Origin: Candidatus Micrarchaeota archaeon
Lineage (GTDB): Archaea; Micrarchaeota; Micrarchaeia; Norongarragalinales; JAPLXB01
Direction: 5' to 3'
DNA: 53,859 nt
Assembly (NCBI GenBank): GCA_026396285.1
Contig: JAPLXB010000024.1
Span: 1 to 53,859, forward strand
Positions 46,197 to 53,859 of the stretch are shown here, piece after piece. Made by a program: the position numbers and the translations under genes. The number at the start of each line of letters is the position of its first letter. Position 1 is the first letter of the stretch. The notes under the pieces are model-generated. The model searched no databases. It was not told the DNA's origin and saw only the letters and a program-made list of their open reading frames with translations.

Positions 46197-49100
46197 GTGG
46201 AATGGGTGGGTTGTACTCGTCTTAACGCATTCCTTGCCATGTTCGTGGCGTTGCTGGGCCTCTCGGGCTTTGCAAGCGCGGACGTGACCTGGTCTGTGGA
46301 AACAGGCGTTGGAAGCGGTTACTCCTATTACGGTAACTATTACTACGGGTACTGCGGGGACGGAGTCTGCGGACCGGGCGAAGGGTACTGGAATTGTCCG
46401 GCCGACTGCGGCGGCGGATATTACTCGTCATATTCTTACTATTCTTACGGCCCGGATTACTACTGGTATTACCCGTACCCGTATTACTACTACGTTTACC
46501 CGTACTATTATCCCTCGACCCAGGCGATTGCGCCCGTTGACAACTACTGTTCCGACGGCACCCCGAAGGGGGAGTGCGTGAGGGCTAACGGTTCAATCAC
46601 CGGCATGCTGTGCTCTGACCGCGGCATAGTGAAGGGCGCGAGCATCTGCGGGTGCCCAACTGGCTATGTTGTGAATGGAAACGATTGCGTCAACACGTGC
46701 ACTGACGGCACGATAATCGGCGATTGTTCGGAGAACCAGCCTTTCGGCTGCGATACGGACGGCGTTCTCAGGCAGCATTCTGTTGAGTGCGGTTGCCCGG
46801 AGGGCTTTGCCGAGAACGGCAAGGGCGGGTGCGTTGCCGTAAAGCCGGCGTGCTATATTGACGTCACTCCGACCAATCAGGAGATAAGGGCGCTCCACAA
46901 CGTAACCGTCGCAGTGAATTATTTTGATTACGCGTCGCCGCTCCAGAGCGTGGTGGTGGCTTGCGGGGACGGCCAGGTGGTTTCAGCCGGGTGCGGTGCG
47001 CCGCAAAACGTCGGCTCGAACTATTCTCCGGTCTACCAGGGAACGTGCATTGCCGTTTGCAAGTATGGCCCTGAACAGGCTTATCCTTCCAAGCACCTGA
47101 TCAAGGCTTATGCGGCCGGGAAGCTGTGCGGCACTTCAAAGGTGCAGGTGATTCCGCCAGAACCGACCACTGGCTCGCTGCTCGTGCAGGTCAGCGACTG
47201 CGACACGGGCGAGGCGATTTCAGGGGCGAGGGTGCAGCTAAACGCCGTCCCGATTCCGGTCCCGACTCCTGTCCCGGTGACAGCGAATTACTCTGTTGAA
47301 TTGAAGCCTGGCGCGGGCGGAAAGGACGCTTCCATAGGCGTGAGGACCGAAAGGACGAGCGGCGTGCTCCACATCCAGCCGGACGCGGCCAGCGGCGCCG
47401 ACACTTTCATTGATTCAGGGAACGTTTCAAGCCATTCGGCGTTGAACCCGCTGGAAGTTGGCTACGACGAGTCCCCGAGGGACATCAATTTCACCAACAA
47501 GATTGTCTTCGTCGGCCAGAACCTCACTACTGGCGCCGGGACTACTGTGCTTCTTGCGAGCATCACCTCAGTCGGCCAGGGGCCGGGGCAGTTGCCACAG
47601 GCTTCTTTCTACGTCTACTCTTCGGCAGGTTCGCTTCTCACGATCCAGACGATGCAGGCAGGCCAGACGTATTCCGGCAACGGCTTCACGCTTGCGGTCA
47701 ACACGGTGTTTCCGGGAATAAACAGCGTGAACTACGCGGACGTGAACTTCTCGTATCCGGACAACGTCAAGGCGGTGAAGAGGGCATTGCTTTCGTTCAA
47801 TTTGTCACAGGTGCCGGCGGGCGCGACAATTGATTACGCGGTGCTCAAGGTTTATTCCATTTCAGGCGGCGCTCCGTTGAACGTGAGCGCCCACCAAGTA
47901 ACCTCTAACTGGACCGAGGACGCGACGTGGAGCATGCGCACGCCTTCGCTCAATTGGGGGACCGCGGGCGGCGACTATTCCGCAACGCTGGAGGCAAGCG
48001 TAATGGTGGCTGACGCGGGAACTTACGAAATCAACCTGACCCAGCTCGCGAGGAACTGGGTTTCGGGCACTCAGAACTACGGAGTACTGCTCAAGGCGTT
48101 CAACGAGTCGGTTGAGAACATCAAGAACGTTTATTCAAGCGACGGCGCCAACGTTTCAATCGCGCCCGAGCTCGAGGTGTCGTATTCAATAACGCGCACG
48201 ACCGAGGCTGGCGCGAACTACGGCAATTCGCAGGCGCTCCGCGTCGGGCTTGATTCGGCGTCGAACTCGCTTTACCGCTCGCTCCTGTACTTCGACCTGT
48301 CGTCAATACCTTCGAACGCGGTGATGAACTCGTCCGAGCTCGTGCTCTACTCTGATGGAAACGGGCCGGCAATGAGCGTGTCGCTGCACGAGGTTTCAAG
48401 GAACTGGACAGAAGGCGACGGCACTGCGGGCTCCGGGGCAACATGGCTTTCATACAACGGCAGCGCGAACTGGTCGAACCCTGGCGGCGACTACAACGCG
48501 GTTTCCGAGGCGGCAAGGAACGTTTCGTCCGCGGGCGACTACTCATGGAACACAACTACGCTGGTCAGCAGGCTCGTGCTCGGCGCGTCCAACAGCGGTT
48601 TCATGCTCGTTGCAGACAACGAGAGCCAGGGAATGAAGGTGTTCTCTTCTGGCGACGCAGCCGACGCGCAACAGCCGCGCCTCCGCATAACCTATGCGGT
48701 AACCACTTACATGGCGCAGAACGCCACGAACGTCACTAGTGCGAACGCGGCCCAGCAGTATTCTGCCACTGTTTACACCGACTCTAACGGCGAAGTGCTG
48801 TTTGACTACCTGAACCCGTTGACGCATGCGATAACGGTTTCAAAAGGAGGGTATCCTGACGCTGGTTCATCCAAGCTGGTCGTGGTCGGGACAGTCGTGC
48901 CCGCGGAAGTGTGCCTTTCCCGTGTGGCGTGCGACGTTTCCGCAAAGCTCGTGGGCACCGCCAAGGACCTGATTCAAGTAAAGGTCATCAACAACCTTGC
49001 GTCAAGCAACGCGGTCACGGTTGACTACTCGGGCGCAATCGAGCTCGACGGGCCAGCCAACCTCACGCTTGGGCCTGGCGAGCAGAGGATAATCAGCGTC

Positions 49101-50648
49101 ATTCCAAGGCCTCCGGCAAACTACGTCGGCGGAAGCAAGGCGCTCGTGAGCGTCGCCGGAAACGGCACGTGCAGGGCGAACCTTGAAATCCCGGTCATAG
49201 TGAAGGGCGGCCTCTCGCTGTGGGCGCTTGATTCCGAGAAAGACGGCCTGGGCGGGACAACAACCTGCTTCAAGCTTCTCGTGAGGAACACCGGCCCGGA
49301 CAAGGGCTCGGTGACGATGGCGTCGCCGTCCAATTACTCGGCGTTCTTTACGACCCTGTCGCCGAAGCAGTTCAGGATAAGCCCGAGGGAGTCGAGGTAC
49401 GTCGACTTCTGCGTGAAGCCTTCGGCGGGCGAAGAGGGTTCGCAGGCGTTCAACGTCAGCGCACTGAGCCCGATAAACGACGCTTCAGTCTCTGTCATGC
49501 TTAACCTGCCAGGCGGGGACGCGTTCGCGACTGATTTCGCGAACTGCCCCGAGATCCAGTCCTCGGCAACGCCGGTCTACTACCCGGTTTCAGTTGAGAA
49601 CAACATGGGCCCCGGCGACTTCATCGCAGGGCTCGAGGGAGCCGGTGACGGCGTTTCAATCGCCCAGCCGCGCATCTACAACCTCGGCCAGGACGACGTG
49701 CGCAAGGTTTACCTCGTATTCGACACCGGCGCCCTTATAGCCGGGGAACATTATTTTGACTTGATCGTAAGGAAGGATGGCCGCGTGGTCTACCAGCTTC
49801 CGCTGTGCTTCACGCACGGCGCGCGCAAGGGTGTGGAAATTGACCTGGCGCCGGCCGCGATAATCGTTCCAAGGGGCTCCGGCCAGTCCGCGCTCCTTTC
49901 AGTCAGGAATTCCGGGAACGTCCGCGCGACGTATTCGGTGAAAACACCGTCTTCGTTCAGTTCGGTGACAATCACTCCGGGCACGTTGACGATAGAGCCG
50001 GGCGAGGAGGCCCAGGCAGACGTGTACGTCAACCCGTCCCAAATGGCTTCTCCGGGGTCGTATGACATCCCGATACAGTTGTATTCGGACGGAAAGGTTT
50101 TGGCCAACAGGTCGCTTGCGGTTAAGGTGGTTGCGGAACTGCTCTTCCATTCTGCGGTCTCAAGCCCGGTGGTGGGGGTTTACGACGAGGACGGGGCCGC
50201 GAAGGCGACTGTTGAATTCACGGTGGCCAACAACGAGGCGAACCAGGTGACGGTCAATGCTGCCCTGAACGGGCTGCCGGCCGACTGGGCCGTTTCAGTT
50301 GACTCGAGGGACGCGGTGCTTGCGCCGGGCGAGTCAAGGAAATTCGTATTCGCGGTTTCCGCGGAGGCGCCGGAGGCGAGGGACTATCCCGCGACCATCC
50401 AGTTGAGCACTTCGGACGGAAAGAAGGCATTCGTGCCGGTCAACATCCCGATGGCCAACTACGCGGGCGGAAGGCTTTCAGGCTTCTTCACATTCGGCTC
50501 GTCCGAGACGCTGATACTGGTTTTCCTCATCGTTCTCGCCGCAGCCGGCGCATACCTGTACGTGATGGGCCGCGACGAAGGGGCGGCAGAAGGAAGCGAA
50601 TCGGTTTCGGACGTGGTGAGGAAAATAAGGGAACGCCAGAGCGCATGA
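46197..50648 (+). CDS. Giant cell-surface protein: Tyr-rich N-terminus, Cys-rich repeats, DNRLRE-like domains, Ig-like (NEW3-like) repeats, C-terminal TM
   Basis: Signal peptide; CSDGT/CTDGT...CGCP repeats; RALLSFNLS/RSLLYFDLS, WTE..TW, GGDY and P.L..Y motifs; L.PGE repeats; LSGFF followed by a TM helix. Confidence 0.85.
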   Translation: MEWVGCTRLNAFLAMFVALLGLSGFASADVTWSVETGVGSGYSYYGNYYYGYCGDGVCGPGEGYWNCPADCGGGYYSSYSYYSYGPDYYWYYPYPYYYYVYPYYYPSTQAIAPVDNYCSDGTPKGECVRANGSITGMLCSDRGIVKGASICGCPTGYVVNGNDCVNTCTDGTIIGDCSENQPFGCDTDGVLRQHSVECGCPEGFAENGKGGCVAVKPACYIDVTPTNQEIRALHNVTVAVNYFDYASPLQSVVVACGDGQVVSAGCGAPQNVGSNYSPVYQGTCIAVCKYGPEQAYPSKHLIKAYAAGKLCGTSKVQVIPPEPTTGSLLVQVSDCDTGEAISGARVQLNAVPIPVPTPVPVTANYSVELKPGAGGKDASIGVRTERTSGVLHIQPDAASGADTFIDSGNVSSHSALNPLEVGYDESPRDINFTNKIVFVGQNLTTGAGTTVLLASITSVGQGPGQLPQASFYVYSSAGSLLTIQTMQAGQTYSGNGFTLAVNTVFPGINSVNYADVNFSYPDNVKAVKRALLSFNLSQVPAGATIDYAVLKVYSISGGAPLNVSAHQVTSNWTEDATWSMRTPSLNWGTAGGDYSATLEASVMVADAGTYEINLTQLARNWVSGTQNYGVLLKAFNESVENIKNVYSSDGANVSIAPELEVSYSITRTTEAGANYGNSQALRVGLDSASNSLYRSLLYFDLSSIPSNAVMNSSELVLYSDGNGPAMSVSLHEVSRNWTEGDGTAGSGATWLSYNGSANWSNPGGDYNAVSEAARNVSSAGDYSWNTTTLVSRLVLGASNSGFMLVADNESQGMKVFSSGDAADAQQPRLRITYAVTTYMAQNATNVTSANAAQQYSATVYTDSNGEVLFDYLNPLTHAITVSKGGYPDAGSSKLVVVGTVVPAEVCLSRVACDVSAKLVGTAKDLIQVKVINNLASSNAVTVDYSGAIELDGPANLTLGPGEQRIISVIPRPPANYVGGSKALVSVAGNGTCRANLEIPVIVKGGLSLWALDSEKDGLGGTTTCFKLLVRNTGPDKGSVTMASPSNYSAFFTTLSPKQFRISPRESRYVDFCVKPSAGEEGSQAFNVSALSPINDASVSVMLNLPGGDAFATDFANCPEIQSSATPVYYPVSVENNMGPGDFIAGLEGAGDGVSIAQPRIYNLGQDDVRKVYLVFDTGALIAGEHYFDLIVRKDGRVVYQLPLCFTHGARKGVEIDLAPAAIIVPRGSGQSALLSVRNSGNVRATYSVKTPSSFSSVTITPGTLTIEPGEEAQADVYVNPSQMASPGSYDIPIQLYSDGKVLANRSLAVKVVAELLFHSAVSSPVVGVYDEDGAAKATVEFTVANNEANQVTVNAALNGLPADWAVSVDSRDAVLAPGESRKFVFAVSAEAPEARDYPATIQLSTSDGKKAFVPVNIPMANYAGGRLSGFFTFGSSETLILVFLIVLAAAGAYLYVMGRDEGAAEGSESVSDVVRKIRERQSA

Positions 50649-50710
50649 ACGCATGATTGGGGGATGGGCGTTCGGCGATGCGCGGCGCGTCCCGGTTGTC
50701 GTGGTGGAAA

Positions 50711-51772
50711 ATGAATGGCGCAATCAAGGCAATTGTTTTTATCCTCTTACTCTCTTTCTCGGTAGCGGCAAGCACGGTGTCCTTTTCACAGGAATCAAAG
50801 CGCACCTGCGGTGAACAGGCGGAATTCCAGGGCCACGTCAAGAACGCGCTCCAGTCGCCCCAGTCGTTCACTTTTGAAGTAACCGACCCCTCGGGCTGGT
50901 TCACTTACTATATCACTCCTGCGGTGCGGGCGAACGCGGGCGAGACAATTGACTTTGTTTTCCTGGCAACGCCGTCGCCGGCCACGCCGCCGGGCGAATA
51001 CAACCTTTTCGTCACGGTCCATGGAAGCTCGGGCGAGGAACTGTCGGCATCCGCGTGGATAACGGTAAGGGACTGCACGCAGCTTGTCCTTATTGTTTCA
51101 GGCCCCCAGTCCGTGTGCGCCGGGAACTCGTTCCCGCTCTCGCTGACTGTTGAAAGCCACGGCCAGGAAACCGCGTACGGAACGGTTTCGCTTGACACTC
51201 AGGCGAGTTTCACCGGCCCGGCATCGTTCGTCATAGCCGCGGGCGAGTCAAGGAAATTCACCGCCCTCGCCACGTTCCCGCTCGGCCAAGCGCCCGGGGC
51301 GGTTGAAGTGACTGCGAGCGCAGCCACTGCCCGCGGGAAAACAACCGCCGCGACGCCGGTCAACGTGAGGGACTGCACCAACACGGCCCAAGCGACAGTG
51401 CAGACGGGCGGCTCGCCGGAACAGCAGCCGGGCGCTCTCTCCGGGTTTTTCACCGCCGCAACCGATTCGTCCCTGATTGTATTGATTTTGCTTGTCTTGG
51501 TTGCAGCATACCTCGTCGCGAGGCGGCGCGTTCCGCAGCAAGGGGAAACGGTTTCGGAAAAGGGTCCCGAGCCTTCGCAGCCGCGCAAGAAACCCATTTA
51601 CCCGGCGCCCACGAAGCTGAAAGAAATTCCCGTTCCGGAGCTGCCAGCGCTTCCGGATGTGCTGAGGGTGGGTTCGCTCGGCCTCATGGGAAGGGGTTTG
51701 AAGAAAACGCTTTTCAGGCGCGCGAAGAAAATACAGGCAAAGATAAGGAAGGCGGTGCGTGCCGCAAGGTGA
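50711..51772 (+). CDS. Surface protein with two Ig-like repeats, LSGFF plus TM and a basic cytoplasmic tail
   Basis: Signal peptide; TPPGEY, AGESRK and VRDC repeats; resembles the C-terminal part of the upstream gene. Start could be further upstream. Confidence 0.75.
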   Translation: MNGAIKAIVFILLLSFSVAASTVSFSQESKRTCGEQAEFQGHVKNALQSPQSFTFEVTDPSGWFTYYITPAVRANAGETIDFVFLATPSPATPPGEYNLFVTVHGSSGEELSASAWITVRDCTQLVLIVSGPQSVCAGNSFPLSLTVESHGQETAYGTVSLDTQASFTGPASFVIAAGESRKFTALATFPLGQAPGAVEVTASAATARGKTTAATPVNVRDCTNTAQATVQTGGSPEQQPGALSGFFTAATDSSLIVLILLVLVAAYLVARRRVPQQGETVSEKGPEPSQPRKKPIYPAPTKLKEIPVPELPALPDVLRVGSLGLMGRGLKKTLFRRAKKIQAKIRKAVRAAR

Positions 51773-51806
51773 GAAGCCGCGGCGCCTTCGCTTAGGGTGG
51801 AAGTAA

Positions 51807-52442
51807 ATGGATGTCGCAATACTGCTTTTCGGGATCGCAGTCGTCCTTTTCGACGCCTATGCGTACAGCCGGTACGTCAACAGGAAGGTAAGGCGGGGCG
51901 GCGGGGAAAGCGCGGAATTGGCGCGCCCCAGCAGCGAAAGGGCGCTTGCGATAAAAAAACAATTCGAGGAAGACCAGAAAAACGGTTATCCCGCCCAGGC
52001 GGCCCGCGTGCGGGCGGATGAGCTGCTCCAACCCGTTACAGCCCCGGTCGCGGCCGGCGCGGGGCAGGCGGAACAGCCGTTTGCAGATTTTTTTTGGGAT
52101 GCGGCCGCGGTTGAGTCCGGCGAACAGGATGCGCCTGCGCAGCTTGACATCAGGGTTCCGCTCAAGCGGCTCGAATTCGATTTTTTCCACCAAGTCCAGC
52201 CCGACCCGCGCGAAATGGAGATGGCGGTGCTCCGCGGCGAACTCGCGGGCCTCCGGAGGAAAATAGTTTCGCTGGAGAAAATCGCTTACGCGCCCGTGCG
52301 CGCGAGGGTGAAGAAAGTCACCTCCGAAGAACTCCTTGCTAAGGAAACCGAGCTCCACAAGATGTTCTGCAAGAGGGAAATAGACGCCGGCACCTACCAG
52401 GCGATGCGCGCAGAAATAACGAAAATGCGCCTCGGCCTCTGA
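51807..52442 (+). CDS. Membrane-anchored protein with a SHOCT-like C-terminus
   Basis: N-terminal TM; KREIDAGTYQ motif. Confidence 0.6.
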   Translation: MDVAILLFGIAVVLFDAYAYSRYVNRKVRRGGGESAELARPSSERALAIKKQFEEDQKNGYPAQAARVRADELLQPVTAPVAAGAGQAEQPFADFFWDAAAVESGEQDAPAQLDIRVPLKRLEFDFFHQVQPDPREMEMAVLRGELAGLRRKIVSLEKIAYAPVRARVKKVTSEELLAKETELHKMFCKREIDAGTYQAMRAEITKMRLGL

Positions 52443-52555
52443 ACTGCCGCGGGCATGGTGGCGGGCCCCCTTTGGGCGCTGCCGGCGCCTGTTGCGCAAC
52501 TCTTTTTATTTTCAGCCCCCTTATCCAAGCAACGGATTTTGCGGGGATGATTGCA

Positions 52556-53134
52556 ATGGAAAGGACTTTCGTGATGCTCAAGCCCGACTGCGTCCAGCGC
52601 GGGCTCGCCGGCGAAGCGGTTTCGCGCCTTGAACGCACGGGCCTTAAGCTGGTCGCGTTGAAGATGGTGAAGCCGTCAAAGGACTTTGTTGAGAAGTTCT
52701 ACCCCTCCAGCGACGAGTGGCTGCGGGCAGTCGGGGGTAAAACGCTTGAGAATTACGAGAAATACGGGATTGACGCGGAAAAAGAGGTCGGGACCAAGGA
52801 CGCGCTCAAGATAGGGAAGATGGTGAAGAAGTGGCTCGTTGACTTCATTTCATCGGCGCCCGTCGTCGCAATGGCGTGGGAAGGCAACCATTCCGTCGAC
52901 ATCGTCCGCAAAATCGTGGGCCACACCCTGCCCCTGAGCGCTGCGCCGGGGACAATACGCGGCGACTACTCCGTTGATTCCTCGGATTCGGCGAACGCGC
53001 GCAAGCGGCCGATAAGGAACCTGATCCACGCGTCCGGGACAGTTGAAGAGGCGAAGCACGAGATCGGCCTGTGGTTCTCTGAAAAGGAAATCCATTCATA
53101 CAAGCGGGCCGACGAGGCCGCGATGTTCGAATAA
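52556..53134 (+). CDS. ndk: Nucleoside diphosphate kinase
   Basis: ERTFVMLKPD.VQRGL, PGTIRGD, NLIHAS (phospho-His), EIGLWF. Confidence 0.96.
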   Translation: MERTFVMLKPDCVQRGLAGEAVSRLERTGLKLVALKMVKPSKDFVEKFYPSSDEWLRAVGGKTLENYEKYGIDAEKEVGTKDALKIGKMVKKWLVDFISSAPVVAMAWEGNHSVDIVRKIVGHTLPLSAAPGTIRGDYSVDSSDSANARKRPIRNLIHASGTVEEAKHEIGLWFSEKEIHSYKRADEAAMFE

Positions 53135-53152
53135 AATATTGCAGGTGGGTTT

Positions 53153-53593
53153 TTGGCTGAAGGCGTGGTAATCAGGGTGAAGAAGAACGACGGGTCGCTG
53201 CTGCCGAAGTACATGACCGAGCACTCTGCCGGGGCAGACGTCTGTGCAGCGGAGGAAAAGGTCCTTGCGCCCGGCGAGACGGCGCTCGTGCCAACCGGGC
53301 TTTTCTTGGAAATCCCGCCCGGGTACGAGGTACAGGTGAGGCCGCGCAGCGGGCTGGCGTTGAACCACGGCGTAATCCTGCCGAATTCGCCGGGGACCAT
53401 TGACTCAGACTACCGGGGCGAACTGAAAATAATCTTGATGAACCTTGGGAAGCAGGCGTTTGCGGTGAAGAAAGGCGACCGCGTCGCGCAAATCGTCGCG
53501 TCCCGCGTCGTCCGGGCCGATTTTGAGGAAAGCGGGCAGTTGAGTGAAACGCGGCGCGGCCACGGCGGTTTCGGAAGCACGGGCAAAAACTAA
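53153..53593 (+). CDS. dut: Trimeric dUTP diphosphatase
   Basis: [38 protein letters not shown] (motifs I-V). Confidence 0.96.
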   Translation: MAEGVVIRVKKNDGSLLPKYMTEHSAGADVCAAEEKVLAPGETALVPTGLFLEIPPGYEVQVRPRSGLALNHGVILPNSPGTIDSDYRGELKIILMNLGKQAFAVKKGDRVAQIVASRVVRADFEESGQLSETRRGHGGFGSTGKN

Positions 53594-53719
53594 CTAGCCG
53601 GCGCGCATATTGGCTCCCGCGTGTTTTTCCACCCTTTCCGGCGGCGTCGCTTTATTATTATACGGGCAGAGGCATATTCCTGTGCGTTACTTCTTCGCAT
53701 CAGTTTCTTGGTGAATTAC

Positions 53720-53859
53720 ATGCTGAGGCAGCCGATTGTGACTGTTTTGGGCCACGTGGATCACGGCAAGACGAGCCTGCTCGACGCCATCAGGGACACG
53801 CGCGTGGCGGCCGGCGAGCCGGGGCGCATCACCCAGCACGTCGGCGCATCAGAAGTGCC
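53720..53859 (+). CDS. infB: Translation initiation factor IF-2/aIF5B (runs off the window edge)
   Basis: Manual translation [46 protein letters not shown]. Not in the ORF track. Confidence 0.95.
   Translation, partial: MLRQPIVTVLGHVDHGKTSLLDAIRDTRVAAGEPGRITQHVGASEV

Noticed and set aside
46320-46520. TAC/TAT-rich repeats resembling a microsatellite or CRISPR array
   Set aside because: In-frame Tyr codons of the surface protein; no repeat-spacer periodicity and no cas genes in the window.

Overview
GC-rich archaeal chromosomal DNA. The gene content (AMP phosphorylase plus ribose-1,5-bisphosphate isomerase, LonB, PAC2, aIF5B, intron-containing tRNAs, many class III signal-peptide proteins) suggests a DPANN archaeon, probably Micrarchaeota-like; this is an inference. 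Housekeeping genes: partial GMP synthase A, pssA, rnp4, nfo, the ftsZ-secE-spt5-rpl11-rpl1-rpl10-rpl12 cluster, a split porG / porD-A-B set, lonB, rnz, pheS/pheT, a Na/Ca antiporter, uppS, ndk, dut and partial infB. The main observations are: (1) a tRNA-Ile(UAU) with two introns, whose D-loop intron shares a 39-nt hairpin element (34/39 identical) with the intron of a tRNA-Leu(UAA) 28.5 kb away; (2) two type IV pilus/Tad-like loci, one with a secretion ATPase fused to a 16-Cys polyferredoxin domain and one with a large ATPase, a fused platform protein and six pilin-like genes; (3) a 1483-aa surface protein whose domains appear nested inside one another; (4) a structured 700-bp intergenic region with candidate ncRNAs; (5) a likely inversion splitting the POR operon; (6) several basic orphan genes inserted into conserved neighbourhoods. 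No CRISPR array, rRNA, transposase or integrase was seen. All calls come from reading motifs by eye; no searches were run.
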